Made by a program: the position numbers and the translations under genes. The notes under the pieces are model-generated. The model saw only the letters and a program-made list of their open reading frames with translations. It searched no databases and had not been told where the DNA came from. From contig VEPA01000245.1 of NCBI GenBank assembly GCA_012026675.1, positions 2,093-66,092 of the forward strand: a stretch of 64,000 nt of DNA, written 5' to 3'. Below, piece by piece: positions 1-9,225 of this stretch. Every line of letters starts with the position of its first letter. Within the stretch, counting starts at the first letter, position 1. Origin of the DNA: Betaproteobacteria bacterium (GTDB lineage: Bacteria > Pseudomonadota > Gammaproteobacteria > Burkholderiales > Rhodocyclaceae).

Positions 1-1635
1 ATCCAGTCGATCTCCAAGGCGCTGTCCTACGGCCTGGCGCTCGAAGACCGGGGCGAGAAACACGTGCTCGAACGGATCAGCGTCGAACCGTCCGGCGATG
101 CCTTCAATGCCATCAGCCTGAAATCTGGATCCGGCGCGCCTTACAACCCGATGATCAATGCCGGCGCCATCGCCACCTGCGGCCAGGTAATGCCCAAGGG
201 CAACGCGACGCGCATCGAGCGCATCCTGGCCTACCTCTCCGGCTGCGCCGGACGCACGCTCGACATCGATCAGGCGGTCTACCTGTCGGAGAGCGAAACC
301 GGCCACCGCAACCGGGCGATCGGCTGGATGCTGCGAAATTTCGGCATCATCGAAGAAGAACCGACCGAGATCCTGGAGACCTACTTCCAGCAATGCGCGA
401 TCCGTGTCACCTGCCGCGACCTGGCGCTGATGGGGGCGACCCTGGCGAACAACGGCCGCAATCCGCTGACGCGCGAACAGGCCATTGCGCCCGAATACGT
501 TGACAACGTGCTGTCGGTGATGTCGAGCTGCGGCATGTACGACTTCTCCGGCGAGTGGCTCTACCGCGTCGGCCTGCCGGCGAAGAGCGGCGTCGGCGGC
601 GGCATCCTGGCCGTGTTGCCCGGCCAGCTCGGCATCGGCATCTTCTCGCCGCCGCTCGATGCCCAGGGCAACAGCGTGCGCGGCATCAGGGTTTGCGCGG
701 ACTTGTCGCGCGAACTCGCGCTGCACCTGTTCGCTGGTGGTGCGGCGCCCCAGTCGGCCTTGCGCCTGAGCTATGACGGCAGCCAGGTCTCCTCGGCGCG
801 GCGCCGTCCCCGCCTGCACCAGCAGACGCTGCGTGCCAGCGGACACCGCATTCGCATGCTCGAATTGCAGGGTGAGCTGATCTTTTCAAGCCTTGAGCCC
901 ATCGTGCGCCTGGCGCTGAAGCAGGCACCCTACTGCCAGTACCTGGTGCTCAATTTTCGCAACGTGGCCAGCATCGACGAGGTCGCCGCCAGGCTGGTCA
1001 CCGAGCTGCAGGCCAGCCTCGCGGCACAGGGCGTGGCGCTGGTGTTCTGTCGGGCCTCCAAACTGGCGGCAAAGCTGGTCGCCCAGGGCGTGGCACAAAC
1101 TTCGTTCTTTGCCAACAGCGATGCTGCGCTTGAGCATTGCGAAAATGCATTGCTGCAAGGCATGTTCGGCGAACGCTGGGATGACTCGCCGGCCGTGTCC
1201 CTTGCCGACACCTTCCTGTTGTCCGGCCTGGCCGCGGAGGATCTGGACTGGCTCGATGCCGAGATGGGTACGCAAACGGCGGGACCGGGCGATGTCATCA
1301 TTCGCGCCGGCGACGACGCCGACACGCTCTATCTGTTGCTCTCGGGCTCGATCGAAGTGCGCCTGCCCAACGACGCCGGACTTGGCGCCAGGCGGCTCGA
1401 TGTGTTCATAGCGGGAATGAGTTTCGGCGAAATGGGCTTCCTCGACGGCTCCCCGCGTTCGGCCGATATCGTGGCCCTGGAGCCGGCAAGCTACCGTGTG
1501 ATCGACAGGGCCCTGTTCAGCCGGCTGGGGCATGAACGCCCCCACACCAAGATCAAGCTGCTTGAACAGCTGGCACAGCAGTTGTCGGCCAAAGTACGCC
1601 GGTCCAACGCCGAAGCGAGGGCATTCAAGGGCTGA
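1..1635 (+). CDS. glsA: Glutaminase with C-terminal STAS-like and cyclic-nucleotide-binding domains (5' end outside window)
   Basis: Frame 1 is open from base 1 (IQSISK, catalytic SxxK). Glutaminase motifs NPMINAGAI, GMYDFSG and PAKSGVGGG are present, then a STAS-like segment (LQGELIFS..VASIDE) and a cNMP motif (FGEMGFLDGSPRSADI). Confidence 0.92.
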   Translation: MQSISKALSYGLALEDRGEKHVLERISVEPSGDAFNAISLKSGSGAPYNPMINAGAIATCGQVMPKGNATRIERILAYLSGCAGRTLDIDQAVYLSESETGHRNRAIGWMLRNFGIIEEEPTEILETYFQQCAIRVTCRDLALMGATLANNGRNPLTREQAIAPEYVDNVLSVMSSCGMYDFSGEWLYRVGLPAKSGVGGGILAVLPGQLGIGIFSPPLDAQGNSVRGIRVCADLSRELALHLFAGGAAPQSALRLSYDGSQVSSARRRPRLHQQTLRASGHRIRMLELQGELIFSSLEPIVRLALKQAPYCQYLVLNFRNVASIDEVAARLVTELQASLAAQGVALVFCRASKLAAKLVAQGVAQTSFFANSDAALEHCENALLQGMFGERWDDSPAVSLADTFLLSGLAAEDLDWLDAEMGTQTAGPGDVIIRAGDDADTLYLLLSGSIEVRLPNDAGLGARRLDVFIAGMSFGEMGFLDGSPRSADIVALEPASYRVIDRALFSRLGHERPHTKIKLLEQLAQQLSAKVRRSNAEARAFKG

Positions 1636-1758
1636 GAAGCCGCCATCCGCGGTACCTCCGGGGGGCGCCGATCAGAAGCTGTAGGGCTGGTACAGCCAGT
1701 CCTTGATCACCGCGGCATCGCGGTCCGGCAGCGCGGAGCAACCACACTTCAGCCACGC

Positions 1759-3951
1759 TCAGGCCCGCAGTTCCGCCGTGACAAAGGGAAGGCGGCCGGG
1801 ATATTTTCCGGTCGCGGCGCCGATGGCATTGGCCACCGCCGGCGCCAGTGGCGGCACGCCCGGTTCGCCGATGCCCGTCGGCTTGGCCGTGGAGGGCAGG
1901 ATGTGCACCTCGACCCGCGGCATCTCATTGATGCGCAACAGCGGAAAGCCGTCGAAATTGCCCTGCACCACGGCGCCGTCCTTCAGCGTGATTTCGCCGT
2001 ACAGCGCAGCCGAGAGGGCGAAGCCCACCGCGCCCTCGACCTGCGAACGGACGTTGTCGGGATTGACCGCGATGCCGCAATCGACGGCGCAGACGACGCG
2101 ATCGACCTTGAGCGAGCCGTCGGCCGCCACCGTTACCTCGGCCACCTGGGCCACATAGCTGTGGAAGGACTCATGAACCGCAACGCCACGCCCGCGCCGC
2201 GTGCCCGGCGCGCCCGGCTTGAGCGGCGTGCCCCAACCGGCTTTCTCGGCGGCGAGCCTGAGCACGCCGCTGTGACGCGGCTTGTCGCCCAGCAGTTCGA
2301 GGCGCAGGGCGACGGGGTCCTTGCCGCTCGCCTTGGCCACGAGGTCGAGGAAGACCTCAGTCGAATAGGCGGTGTGGGACGAGCCGACCGAACGCCACCA
2401 GAGCACCGGAACATCGATGTCCTTGGGCGTATGCAGGTCGCCGCGCAAGTTGGGGATGGCATAAGGCAGGTTGGCCGCCCCTTCCACCGAGACCGCATCG
2501 ATGCCGTCCTTGACCATGGCCGCGAAGGGCGAGCCGGTCAGGATCGACTGGCCGACCAGCCGGTGCCGCCAGCCGGTCAGCTTGCCGCTGGCATCGAGCG
2601 CGGCTTCCATGGTGTGGTGGAACAGCGGCCGGTAATATCCCGCACGCATGTCGTCTTCGCGCAGCCAGACCAGCTTGACCGGCGCCTTGCCGCCGCTGGC
2701 CTTGACGATGTGCGCAGCCTCGACGACGTAGTCAGACTTGGTGTTGGCGCGGCGGCCGAAGCTGCCGCCGGCATACAGCATGTTGATCTTCACCTGTTCC
2801 GGCTTGAGGCCGAATATGCCGGCGAGCTGGTGCTGGTCGCCGGTGTGCATCTGTTCGCCGTTCCACACCTCGCAACCTTCGGCGCTCAGGCGAATCACGC
2901 AGTTCATCGGCTCCATGGCCGCATGGGCGATGTAGGGAAAGTCATAGGCGGCCTTGACGACTTTTGCCGCTCCCGCGAAGGCCTTGTCCGTGTCGCCGGC
3001 CTGATGCGCCACGAGTCCAGGCTGTTTGGCCAGCTCGCGATAGCGCGCCAGGATCTCTTCGCTGCCGAGCTTGAATGCCCGGCTTTCGTCCCAGTCGACA
3101 CGCAGCGCGTCGCGTCCCTTCTTCGCGCTCCATGTATCGCTCGCCAGCACCGCCACGCCCGAAGGAATCTGCACCACGTCGCCCACGCCCTTGACGCGTT
3201 TTGCCGCGCCGGCATCGAAGCTTTTCACCGTGGCGCCGAACCGCGGCGGATGCGCGACGACCGCAACCAGCATTCCGGGCAAGCGGATGTCCTGGGTGAA
3301 GACGGCCCGACCGTTGGTCTTGTCGGCACTGTCCTTGCGCGGCGCATGCTTGCCGATCAGGCGGAAATCCTTTGGCTCCTTGAGCACCACGTTCACCGGC
3401 ACGGCTTGCTGCGAGGCCTCCGCGGCCAGTTCGCCGAAACGCAGCCTGCGCTTCGATGGCACATGGCTGACCACGCCGTCGCGCACCGTGATCTCCGCCG
3501 CCGGTACCTTCCAGCGCTGCGCCGCCGCATTGACCAGCATCGCCCTGGCGCTGGCGCCGGCCTGGCGCAACTGGTCCCAGGAATTGGCGATCGCGGTGCT
3601 GCCGCCGGTGCCCTGCGCCGGCCCCCAGAACAGGTTGTTGTAGCGCGAGGCATCGGCCGGCGCGCCTTCGATGCGCACCGTTTTCCAGGCGGCATCGAGT
3701 TCCTCGGCGAGGATGGTTCCCAGCCCGGTGTAAGTGCCCTGCCCCATCTCAAGGTGCTTGGCGATGACGGTCACGCTGTTGTCGCTGCCGATGCGCAGGA
3801 AGGCATTCGGCTCGAAGGGCACCACCGCGGCGGCAGTCTTTCCCGCCGCGGCCGGCGCCGCCAGGGCAGGCAGGCAGAAGCTCAGCGTCAATCCGGCGAC
3901 GCCTTGCAGGAAACTGCGCCGGCTCACATTCTCGATCTGCATAGTCGACAT
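1759..3951 (-). CDS. iorB: Isoquinoline 1-oxidoreductase beta-like molybdopterin subunit (xanthine dehydrogenase family), Tat signal
   Basis: [15 protein letters not shown] twin-arginine signal; motifs [36 protein letters not shown]. Start moved to ATG 3951. Confidence 0.9.
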   Translation of the reverse strand: MSTMQIENVSRRSFLQGVAGLTLSFCLPALAAPAAAGKTAAAVVPFEPNAFLRIGSDNSVTVIAKHLEMGQGTYTGLGTILAEELDAAWKTVRIEGAPADASRYNNLFWGPAQGTGGSTAIANSWDQLRQAGASARAMLVNAAAQRWKVPAAEITVRDGVVSHVPSKRRLRFGELAAEASQQAVPVNVVLKEPKDFRLIGKHAPRKDSADKTNGRAVFTQDIRLPGMLVAVVAHPPRFGATVKSFDAGAAKRVKGVGDVVQIPSGVAVLASDTWSAKKGRDALRVDWDESRAFKLGSEEILARYRELAKQPGLVAHQAGDTDKAFAGAAKVVKAAYDFPYIAHAAMEPMNCVIRLSAEGCEVWNGEQMHTGDQHQLAGIFGLKPEQVKINMLYAGGSFGRRANTKSDYVVEAAHIVKASGGKAPVKLVWLREDDMRAGYYRPLFHHTMEAALDASGKLTGWRHRLVGQSILTGSPFAAMVKDGIDAVSVEGAANLPYAIPNLRGDLHTPKDIDVPVLWWRSVGSSHTAYSTEVFLDLVAKASGKDPVALRLELLGDKPRHSGVLRLAAEKAGWGTPLKPGAPGTRRGRGVAVHESFHSYVAQVAEVTVAADGSLKVDRVVCAVDCGIAVNPDNVRSQVEGAVGFALSAALYGEITLKDGAVVQGNFDGFPLLRINEMPRVEVHILPSTAKPTGIGEPGVPPLAPAVANAIGAATGKYPGRLPFVTAELRA

Positions 3952-3959
3952 GTCGGCTC

Positions 3960-4418
3960 CTAGGCGAGGGATTTGGCCGCGAGGTGAACGGCCGCACGGA
4001 TGCGTACATAGGTCGCGCAGCGGCACAGGTTGCCCGACAGGGCGTTGTCGATGTCGGCGTCGGTCGGCTTGCGGTTCTGGCTCAGCAGTGCAATGGCGCC
4101 CATGATCTGTCCCGACTGGCAATAGCCGCACTGCACCACGTCAAGCTTGCGCCACGCCTCCTGCACGGCCTTGCCGACGCGCGACTGGTCGGCCGTTTCG
4201 ATGGTGGTGACCTTGCGTCCCGCTACGGCCGAAACCGGCGTCACGCAAGCACGCATGGGCGCGCCATCGACATGCACCGTGCACACACCGCACAGCGCCT
4301 GGCCGCAGCCGTATTTGGTCCCGGTCAGGCCCAGGGTGTCGCGCAGCACCCAGAGCAGCGGTGTGTCCGCGGCGACATCGACCGATTGAGGCTTGCCATT
4401 GACGTTGAGCTGGATCAT
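3960..4418 (-). CDS. iorA: (2Fe-2S)-binding small subunit, isoquinoline 1-oxidoreductase alpha-like
   Basis: [24 protein letters not shown] and NLCRCATY motifs; directly upstream of iorB. Confidence 0.93.
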   Translation of the reverse strand: MIQLNVNGKPQSVDVAADTPLLWVLRDTLGLTGTKYGCGQALCGVCTVHVDGAPMRACVTPVSAVAGRKVTTIETADQSRVGKAVQEAWRKLDVVQCGYCQSGQIMGAIALLSQNRKPTDADIDNALSGNLCRCATYVRIRAAVHLAAKSLA

Positions 4419-4582
4419 GAACTCGCTCCTGCGTTGGATTTGAGGACCCCGTGCAGGGGATGCACGGATGGGCAGACAAGGTCAGCGCACGTCAGCGCAT
4501 TGCTGCCGGGAAATATGCTAACAGAAGCGCAGCGCTCGACGCATCGGCTGCGGCAAGCGAATGTTCCCTACAGAAATAGTGG

Positions 4583-6733
4583 TCATCGCACACCAGGCGG
4601 CACCGCATGCGAGGCAAACCCGGCGCGCGGCTTCCGCAAGTCCACCTCATCGCCGAGTATCCGGGCCGCTTCGTTCAGCAATACGTCCTCGGTCGTTTTA
4701 TCCACTTTGTCGGCGGCCAGTTGATTGGCAAGATCGCGCTCGCCGGCCTGCAGGCCATCGTCCCGAACTACATTGGTCCTCCTTGGCCCCCGGGAACTCT
4801 TGCCAACATCGTCCCGCGCTTCGCGGGAAGCCAGCCTGGCTTCCTGAACATCCCGTTCCTGGCGTCGTTCCGCTTCGTTCAGCGACACCAGATTCTTTTT
4901 GCGCTGAGAATTCACTTCGGCGATGTCTTCCTGCAGGGACTGAAACCCCTGGTCCTTGCTGACGCGGACTTCATGGCGTTTCTGCAGGATCGGCAGCCGA
5001 CTTTTCAAGGCCCCCGCCGGCGAATAATCAAGCGCCTTGATCTGTGTCCAGGGCAAGGCATTGTCGTAACTCGCTTCGCCAAAGTCCGCCGCATCGTCAA
5101 TTGCGGGCAGGAGGATGTCGGGTGTCACGCCGCGCAGTTGGGTGGTATCTCCATTTATGCGAAAGAACTGGGCGACGGTCAATTTCAGTTCGCCGAATTT
5201 TTGCTTGCCGTTCTTGGCGAAGTCATCGAGATTGATCATGGCTTGCACGGTACCTTTGCCAAAACTCGGCTCACCGATCACCAATCCCCGGCCGTAATCC
5301 TGAATGGCCGCGGCAAAAATCTCCGAAGCGGATGCCGAGGCTCGATTGATCACGACACCCAGGGGGCCGTCCCAGGCAACGCCGGCCTTGGTATCGCGTT
5401 CGACAGCGATCCTGCCGCGGGCATCGCGCTGCTGAACTACCGGCCCCTTGTCGATAAACAAGCCGGTGAGTTCAACCGCTTCCTTCAGGGAGCCACCGCC
5501 GTTATTGCGCAAATCGATCAATACGCTGTCCACCCTGGCCTTTTTCAACTCGTCCAGCAGGCGAGCCACATCGCGTGTCGCGCTCCTGAAGTCACGGACT
5601 CCTCTTTGTCGGGCGTCGAAATCCTCATAGAAGCCCGGAAGCGATATCACGCCGACCTGGCGCGTGGCCTTTCCGTCCGTCACCGTAAGGATGGTCTTCT
5701 TGGCCGCCTGGTCTTCCAGACGGATCTTTTTCCGAATGAGTGAGACCAGTTTATGTTTGCCGTCCGGACCGGCTTCCGCCGGCAGCACGTCGAGCTGGAC
5801 AATTGAATCAGCAGTACCGCGAATCAGGGCAACGGCGTCGTCCAGGCGCCAGCCCAGGACGTCCGTCATGGGGCCGCTGCTGCCCTGGGCAACGCCGAGA
5901 ATGCGGTCCCCGCTTTTCAGCTGGCCCGAAAGAGCGGCAGGGCCGCCCGGCACAAGTTCCCGAATCGTGACGTAGTCATCCTTCTCCATCAACGATGCGC
6001 CGATCCCGACCAGAGACAATTTCATGGAAATGTCGAAGTCCTCGGCAGCCCGCGCTCCCATGTAGTTGGTATGGGGCTCGATGGACATGGTGTAGGCGTT
6101 CATGAACACCTCAAAAGCGTCCTTGCTCGTGGTCCGCCCGATGCGCTTGAGGGCATTGTCGTAACGCTTCTCCAGAGTCGCCGCGATGGCTTTGTCGTCT
6201 TTCCCGGCGAGTTTGAGACGTAGCCAGTCGTTCTTGACCCGCTTGCGCCACTGCTCGCGCATTTCCATCTCGGATTTCAGCCAGGGTTCCTTGTCGTGAG
6301 CATATTGATAGTCTTCCTTCTGCCGGAAATCAAATCCCTCCGCGAGCAAGCTGCGGGCGTAGGAAAATCTCTCGAATACCCGCTGCGCGTAGAGATTGAA
6401 AATGGCGAAGGGCGCGCCAAGGTCTTCATTGATGATGGCGTCGTCGAGTACAGTGCGGAAACGGGTCAGTTGGTCGATGTCAGCCTGGACGAAGTACAGC
6501 TTTTCGGAATCGAGCGACTTCAGATAGTGGCCAAGAATTTTCTCGGACAAGGCATCGTCGAGAGGCACCGATTTATAGTGATAGCGGCTTAGCACTTCAG
6601 CCGCCAGGTGTGCCGCCTGGGCCTGCTGCTGTGATGGTTTCAATTCAGGCGGAGGCGACCTTCCCGAATCGAACGCTGCGGCGTGCGCCGTCGTGATCAA
6701 CGCGAAAACGATCCATAGCAGCCTGTTTTTCAT
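4583..6733 (-). CDS. prc: Carboxy-terminal processing (tail-specific) protease, peptidase S41 with PDZ domain
   Basis: Signal peptide MKNRLLW..; EPHTNY, GIGA (PDZ), DLRNNGGG, SASASEIFA, GKGTVQ motifs. Confidence 0.92.
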   Translation of the reverse strand: MKNRLLWIVFALITTAHAAAFDSGRSPPPELKPSQQQAQAAHLAAEVLSRYHYKSVPLDDALSEKILGHYLKSLDSEKLYFVQADIDQLTRFRTVLDDAIINEDLGAPFAIFNLYAQRVFERFSYARSLLAEGFDFRQKEDYQYAHDKEPWLKSEMEMREQWRKRVKNDWLRLKLAGKDDKAIAATLEKRYDNALKRIGRTTSKDAFEVFMNAYTMSIEPHTNYMGARAAEDFDISMKLSLVGIGASLMEKDDYVTIRELVPGGPAALSGQLKSGDRILGVAQGSSGPMTDVLGWRLDDAVALIRGTADSIVQLDVLPAEAGPDGKHKLVSLIRKKIRLEDQAAKKTILTVTDGKATRQVGVISLPGFYEDFDARQRGVRDFRSATRDVARLLDELKKARVDSVLIDLRNNGGGSLKEAVELTGLFIDKGPVVQQRDARGRIAVERDTKAGVAWDGPLGVVINRASASASEIFAAAIQDYGRGLVIGEPSFGKGTVQAMINLDDFAKNGKQKFGELKLTVAQFFRINGDTTQLRGVTPDILLPAIDDAADFGEASYDNALPWTQIKALDYSPAGALKSRLPILQKRHEVRVSKDQGFQSLQEDIAEVNSQRKKNLVSLNEAERRQERDVQEARLASREARDDVGKSSRGPRRTNVVRDDGLQAGERDLANQLAADKVDKTTEDVLLNEAARILGDEVDLRKPRAGFASHAVPPGVR

Positions 6734-7149
6734 CGATGCTCCATTGCAATGCGTCGCGAAGTGTTCCGCCCAAATTATTCCGCACAAACTGCGGATAAAA
6801 CCGGCCCGTGCCTTGACGCCAGACCCCTATTGACCCCATCACCGGAATTTTGTTGCATCAGGCGGCAAGAATTTCTATTGCCGAAGGCATCCGCTGACGA
6901 GCGGTGCCGGTCAGGAACGTTGGCAATCGTAAGGGCCACTGCCCATTCTAGGACCGGAACCTCGCAGGCAACGCAAGCGGACAACAGATCGCGCTCGATC
7001 AACAGGCGATTGCGGAGCCACGCCGCAATGCATTGACCGTTGTCGGTGCCGCCGGATGCCAGTCTTGATCGACGAACACGCCGCTGGATTTTTCAGCGTA
7101 AGCTGAATGCTGATGCTCGATCGGCAGCGACCAACCCAGGAGCCAGGCG

Positions 7150-7548
7150 ATGACGCAGGCAAACGATACCCATTCAAAAGCCGTCGGCTATGTGCTCTGG
7201 CTGTTCGGCTTCACCGGCGCGCACCGTTTCTATTTCGGCAAGCCGGTGACGGGAACCCTCTGGTTCTTCACCCTCGGCCTGCTGGGGCTCGGCTGGCTGA
7301 TCGACCTGTTCCTGATACCGTCCATGGACCGCCAGGCGGATCTCAGATTCCGTTCAGGCAGGATCAACTATTCGGTCGCCTGGATACTGCTGACCTTCCT
7401 CGGCTTATTCGGCGTGCATCGGATGTACATGGGCAAGTGGCTCACCGGCATCCTTTACCTGTGCACCCTCGGCTTGCTGGGAATCGGCTACCTCTACGAT
7501 TACTGGACACTCAACAACCAGATAACCTTGGTCAACGCTTCCGACTGA
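7150..7548 (+). CDS. TM2-domain membrane protein (two TM2 repeats)
   Basis: Repeated GAHRFYFGK / GVHRMYMGK motifs within hydrophobic helices. Confidence 0.85.
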   Translation: MTQANDTHSKAVGYVLWLFGFTGAHRFYFGKPVTGTLWFFTLGLLGLGWLIDLFLIPSMDRQADLRFRSGRINYSVAWILLTFLGLFGVHRMYMGKWLTGILYLCTLGLLGIGYLYDYWTLNNQITLVNASD

Positions 7549-7645
7549 CACGGCATAATGCGGTGCGGTCGGCATGGCGCATTGCGGAGTCCTGTACTGG
7601 ATTGGCATTGCCCATGAGTCCAATGCTCAGAGCTGAATCGTGCGA

Positions 7646-8314
7646 ATGCAAAAGCCACGGTATGTGCATGCCCTTGTAAGCTATCTGGCGATCCCCGTGG
7701 TCATGGTCGTCGGGGTCGCCCTGGCCAGTCTCATCGACCCCGAAACGGCGCGCGATCATGCCGATTACGCGCGCGACTACCGCTTGCTGGAACTGGCCAG
7801 GGCGGCCGTGCTGGCAGCCGGGGCGGGGCTGATGCTGGTGCTCTGGGTCGCCACCTGCTACCTGGTACTAAAGTCGCGGCAGCGTTCCCTGTACTGGCTG
7901 CCGCTGGCCGCCACCGGGCCGTTCGGATTCATCGTCATCACGTTGCTTGAAGACCTGTCGCCTGCACCCGACGACCGCTACCAGCAGTTCATCGGCAAGT
8001 TGAAGATCTACTGGCGCATTCCGCTGGAGATCGTGATCTTCATTGCGGTATGGTTGCTCGCCTACCAGTGCGTGGCGCTCAAGCGCGAACTGATGATCAC
8101 CTACACATCCTTCGCGACCGGAACGCCCGTCGCGACCATCATTGCCGAACAGAACGCATCCAGCGGCATGTACGCGTTTGGCGAGGCGCTGGAAACGCTC
8201 TACCTGATGGTGCTGTTGTATCTTCTGTGGCCCATGGCCTTCAATCTTGCGGGCCGATTCCTCCATCCGCGATCCGGACGGACACAAGAAGCTCAGGGCC
8301 AATCCGGCGCCTGA
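7646..8314 (+). CDS. Hypothetical multi-pass membrane protein
   Basis: Several hydrophobic helices and coding-like codon usage; start uncertain (GTG 7640 or ATG 7646). Confidence 0.7.
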   Translation: MQKPRYVHALVSYLAIPVVMVVGVALASLIDPETARDHADYARDYRLLELARAAVLAAGAGLMLVLWVATCYLVLKSRQRSLYWLPLAATGPFGFIVITLLEDLSPAPDDRYQQFIGKLKIYWRIPLEIVIFIAVWLLAYQCVALKRELMITYTSFATGTPVATIIAEQNASSGMYAFGEALETLYLMVLLYLLWPMAFNLAGRFLHPRSGRTQEAQGQSGA

Positions 8315-8344
8315 GCTTCAAGCGGTTTCATATTTTGGCCAGCC

Positions 8345-8371
8345 AAAAAAGCGGGGGCAAGCTCGCTTTTT
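8345..8371. terminator. Probable bidirectional intrinsic terminator
   Basis: AAAAAAGCGGG-ggcaag-CTCGCTTTTT between convergent genes. Confidence 0.6.
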
Positions 8372-8388
8372 CACGTCCTTCTCCGGGA

Positions 8389-9201
8389 TCAGTGCGCCAT
8401 CGCCAGTACGGTAAGGCCGCCGTCGTCCGCCAATGCCACCTTGTAGCTGCTTTCCTTGTAGGTCTTGTTGTCGCTGACCAGCGATGTCTTGACCGTGTAG
8501 TTCTTGCCCTTGGCGTCTGCCGGCAGTTTGAACTTGGAAGTACTCTGGTAACGTCCGGCGCCATCCACTGCGGCGACCTTCTCCGTCTTTTCCTCGAGCA
8601 GCTTGTTGTTTTCGTCGTAGATCGCGTATTTCTGCTGGACCTCGGGCACCTTGTCGCCATAGCCGATCATGTCGGTATTGGAAGTAAGCTGGACCTCCTT
8701 TTGCCCGGAGGCGTCTGGCGGAGACTCTTTGACCTGGGTGCTGAAACTGGCCGGCACTACATCGTTCTTGGGCGGGACGACGCGTGCCACATCTTTCCCG
8801 GTTGGCGTAGGTGCCACTTCTTTCCCGGATGGCGTAGGCGCCGCGCCCTTCTTGGGCGGCGGAACCTTCTTGGCTGTTGCGGCAGCGGCATACTGTTTGT
8901 TTACTTCCGCAGCGCTGGCGATCTTTTTCGATTCAAAGTACCAGCCGATCAGGACTCCTGCGATCGCACCCACCATGGCTCCCTTGGCGCAGCCGGCGCC
9001 GGTGGCGCTTCCCAGAGCGCAGCCTGCGGCCGCCCCGATCAGGGCCCCCTTGGCTTTGTCATCCATGACATAGCTGCCGTCGGCATCTTTCTTGAAGCTG
9101 CCGTCGGGGTTGGTGGCGCAGCCGCTTGAGGTTGCCAGAAAAACCAGGGCGAGCGCGGCGGCAATTGGACGTTGAGGACGTTGCAGGCTACGCGGACTCA
9201 T
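8389..9201 (-). CDS. Hypothetical lipoprotein with glycine zipper and Pro/Lys-rich linker
   Basis: Hydrophobic signal ending in SSGC; GALIGAAAG..GAMVGAIAG glycine zipper; directly downstream of the caspase gene. Confidence 0.75.
   Translation of the reverse strand: MSPRSLQRPQRPIAAALALVFLATSSGCATNPDGSFKKDADGSYVMDDKAKGALIGAAAGCALGSATGAGCAKGAMVGAIAGVLIGWYFESKKIASAAEVNKQYAAAATAKKVPPPKKGAAPTPSGKEVAPTPTGKDVARVVPPKNDVVPASFSTQVKESPPDASGQKEVQLTSNTDMIGYGDKVPEVQQKYAIYDENNKLLEEKTEKVAAVDGAGRYQSTSKFKLPADAKGKNYTVKTSLVSDNKTYKESSYKVALADDGGLTVLAMAH
8786..8839. repeat. Two 27-nt in-frame tandem copies (APTPSGKEV / APTPTGKDV)
   Basis: gccacatctttcccggttggcgtaggt followed by gccacttctttcccggatggcgtaggc. Confidence 0.8.
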
Positions 9202-9225
9202 GCCAGACCTCCAATGGATGGATGT

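Noticed and set aside
1903-3963. Long antisense ORFs (e.g. 1903-3963, 9172-10665, 38851-40767, 44704-46089, 50742-52472, 62475-63995)
   Set aside because: They mirror well-supported genes on the opposite strand, as expected from GC-rich codon bias.
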